Shown: positions 16,504-18,202 of the stretch, piece after piece | Layout of the letters: each line of letters starts with the position of its first letter | Position numbering within the stretch: the stretch's first letter is position 1 | From: Candidatus Hydrogenedentota bacterium | GTDB lineage: Bacteria > Hydrogenedentota > Hydrogenedentia > Hydrogenedentales > GCA-2746185 | Assembly (NCBI GenBank): GCA_046583315.1 | Contig: JAYGCN010000162.1 | Location: 1 to 18,202 of the forward strand | DNA: 18,202 nt | Reading direction: 5' to 3' | Notes under the pieces: model-generated | Told to the model about the DNA's origin: nothing | Seen by the model: the letters and a program-made list of their open reading frames with translations, nothing else | The model's database searches: none | Made by a program: the position numbers and the translations under genes

Positions 16504-16550
16504 CGTAGTGCTTTCGCACAGTGTCAGAATGCTGTGCGAAAGCGACTACG
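16504..16550. repeat. Strong inverted repeat (GTAG-type REP-like hairpin) between urtA and urtB
   Basis: CGTAGT-GCTTTCGCACAG (16504-16521) pairs with CTGTGCGAAAGC-G-ACTACG (16532-16550): an 18-bp stem with one bulge, CGTAG at both ends and no U-tail. Confidence 0.7.
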
Positions 16551-16580
16551 ATTGTTTCGCGGCACAGATCAGATGTCAGA

Positions 16581-17852
16581 TTACGAATCCGATTTTGGTC
16601 CTCCTGTTGGTGCAGGAAAGTTCCCATCGGGATGCAGGTAGGTGCTGTATGAATCCGGTGAAACCAGACCATCCGACTGGTGAATGATCTTGAACTGCCC
16701 GTTCTTTTTGATTTCGCCAATATAGACCGGTTTCAAAGTGTGCTGATTTGTGGGGTGCATTTTCTTTGCGCCACCGGGCGCATCAAATTCGAGGCCGTAT
16801 ACGGCTTCACGCACTTTGTCTACATCGAATGAACCCGCCTTTTCGACTGCGGCCTTCCACACATACACGCCAAAGTAGGCCGCTTCGATGGGATCGTCAG
16901 TCACACGCTCTGATCCGCCGGGGAGATTGTTCTCCTTGCAGTACGTTTTGAAATTCTTCACGAACTGCTTGTTGCCAGAAGACTTGATGGTCTGAAAATA
17001 GTTCCAGGCCGCGAGATGACCCACCAGCGGTGGAACGTCCATCGCGCGAAGCTCATCTTCGGCTACGGAGAAGGCCATGATGGGGCAATCTTCCGCTGTC
17101 AGACCCTGATTGGCGAATTCACGGTAAAACGGCACATTACTGTCGCCATTAATGGTGGATAGAACGCAGGCGTCACCGCCCGCTGCAAACTTCCTGATTT
17201 TACCTACGATGGTCTGATAATCCTGGTGATGAAACGGCGTGTACTCTTCGATGATATTTTCATCAGCAACGCCTACACTTTTCAGGTAGGCCTTAAGGAC
17301 TTTGTTTGCTGTACGTGGAAAAACGTAGTCGGTTCCAAGAAGATAAAATTTCTTGCTCTCGTACTCGCTCATCATGTACGCAGCAGCCGGGACAAGTTGC
17401 TGGTTGGGCGAAGCGCCAGTGTAAAAGACGTTCAACGATTGTTCTTCACCCTCATACTGAACAGGGTAGAAGAGCAACGCATTGTACTCTTCGAATACGG
17501 GCAAGCACGATTTGCGGCTCACCGAAGTCCAGCAACCAAAGGTGACGGCAACTTCTTTTTCGGCGATGAGTTCCTTGGCTTTTTCAGCGAACAAGGGCCA
17601 GTTCGATGCGGGATCGACTACGACGGGCTCAATTTGCTTGCCGAGCACGCCGCCGCTGGCATTGATTTCTCCGACCGCCATCAATACGACATCACGTAGC
17701 GAGGTCTCAGAGATGGCCATGGTTCCAGAGAGAGAGTGGAGTACACCAATCTTTACGGTGTCTTCTTGGGCCGATGCGGTACCCTGTCCAAAACCTGCAA
17801 CAAGAGTAAGCGCAAGAGCGGCAACTTTTAGTTTTAATCGTTTGACTTTCAT
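16581..17852 (-). CDS. urtA: Urea ABC transporter substrate-binding protein UrtA
   Basis: Signal peptide ending ASA|Q; KIGVLHSLSGTMAISE, DPASNWPLFAEKA, FGCWTSVSRKS, FYPVQYEGEE, GTDYVFPRTAN and GHLAAWNYFQ. Confidence 0.97.
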   Translation of the reverse strand: MKVKRLKLKVAALALTLVAGFGQGTASAQEDTVKIGVLHSLSGTMAISETSLRDVVLMAVGEINASGGVLGKQIEPVVVDPASNWPLFAEKAKELIAEKEVAVTFGCWTSVSRKSCLPVFEEYNALLFYPVQYEGEEQSLNVFYTGASPNQQLVPAAAYMMSEYESKKFYLLGTDYVFPRTANKVLKAYLKSVGVADENIIEEYTPFHHQDYQTIVGKIRKFAAGGDACVLSTINGDSNVPFYREFANQGLTAEDCPIMAFSVAEDELRAMDVPPLVGHLAAWNYFQTIKSSGNKQFVKNFKTYCKENNLPGGSERVTDDPIEAAYFGVYVWKAAVEKAGSFDVDKVREAVYGLEFDAPGGAKKMHPTNQHTLKPVYIGEIKKNGQFKIIHQSDGLVSPDSYSTYLHPDGNFPAPTGGPKSDS

Positions 17853-17888
17853 TGGGACTGTCCTTTCATAAGTAGTGTAGGGATTTGC

Positions 17889-18202
17889 TTAGAATTGAAA
17901 CTGTGTTCCGAGAACGATTTGACTGGAGTCGGAAGTACCATCATCTTTAATGAGCGAGTACACCAGTGATACACGCGCATTGTGGCCGTTGATCACGTAG
18001 TTCACACCAAGATCGTACTGTGAATCATCTTCAAACTCTTGATATCGAACATGCGGCTGGAATTTGCCATAACCCACTTCCTTTGGGATGAGGTATCCAG
18101 CCAAGCCGATCAATGCATCTCCATCGCGAAGGTCTGGGTCCGGCTCGTCGTTGAGATCATAACGGTACGCTGCCCCTTCAAGGGTAACTACGCCTTTGTT
18201 TG
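17889..18202 (-). CDS. Outer-membrane porin, FmdC-like short-chain amide/urea porin (C-terminal part; 5' end outside the window)
   Basis: The frame is open to the window edge: NKGVVTLEGAAYRYD...AGYLIPKEVGYGKFQPHVRYQEF...LGVNYVINGHNARVSL...LGTQFQF. Amphipathic beta-strands, terminal Phe (BAM signal), and position directly upstream of urtA. Confidence 0.75.
   Translation of the reverse strand, partial: NKGVVTLEGAAYRYDLNDEPDPDLRDGDALIGLAGYLIPKEVGYGKFQPHVRYQEFEDDSQYDLGVNYVINGHNARVSLVYSLIKDDGTSDSSQIVLGTQFQF

Noticed and set aside
431..17871. Numerous 60-165-aa alternative-frame and antisense ORFs inside the main genes
   Set aside because: They are shadow ORFs of well-supported genes, with no family motifs.

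Overview
Bacterial DNA; the host lineage cannot be determined from this window. Left to right: (1) the left end of an IS3-family (IS407-group-like) element with orfA and a -1 frameshift site; (2) a promoter and a ~1135-aa secreted G8/beta-helix protein resembling animal CEMIP/TMEM2, with Ca-binding repeats, a CBM-like domain and an unusual C-terminal module; (3) a degenerate 3' half of a tRNA-Ser, a thioredoxin-like gene remnant and an AT-rich spacer with several repeats; (4) a YgiQ-family radical SAM gene; (5) a 25-bp tmRNA/tRNA 3'-end fragment, a candidate att scar; (6) an 11-kb minus-strand urea utilisation operon: porin (FmdC-like, partial)-urtABCDE-ureD-ureAB (fused gamma/beta)-ureC-ureF-ureG. 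The main observation is that the urease module looks plant/fungal-like: a gamma-beta fusion with a jack-bean-type N-terminus and linker, a His-rich UreG, a plant-type UreD and no ureE. It may lie inside an integrated island. All family assignments come from motif recognition and recalled sequences, not from database searches.
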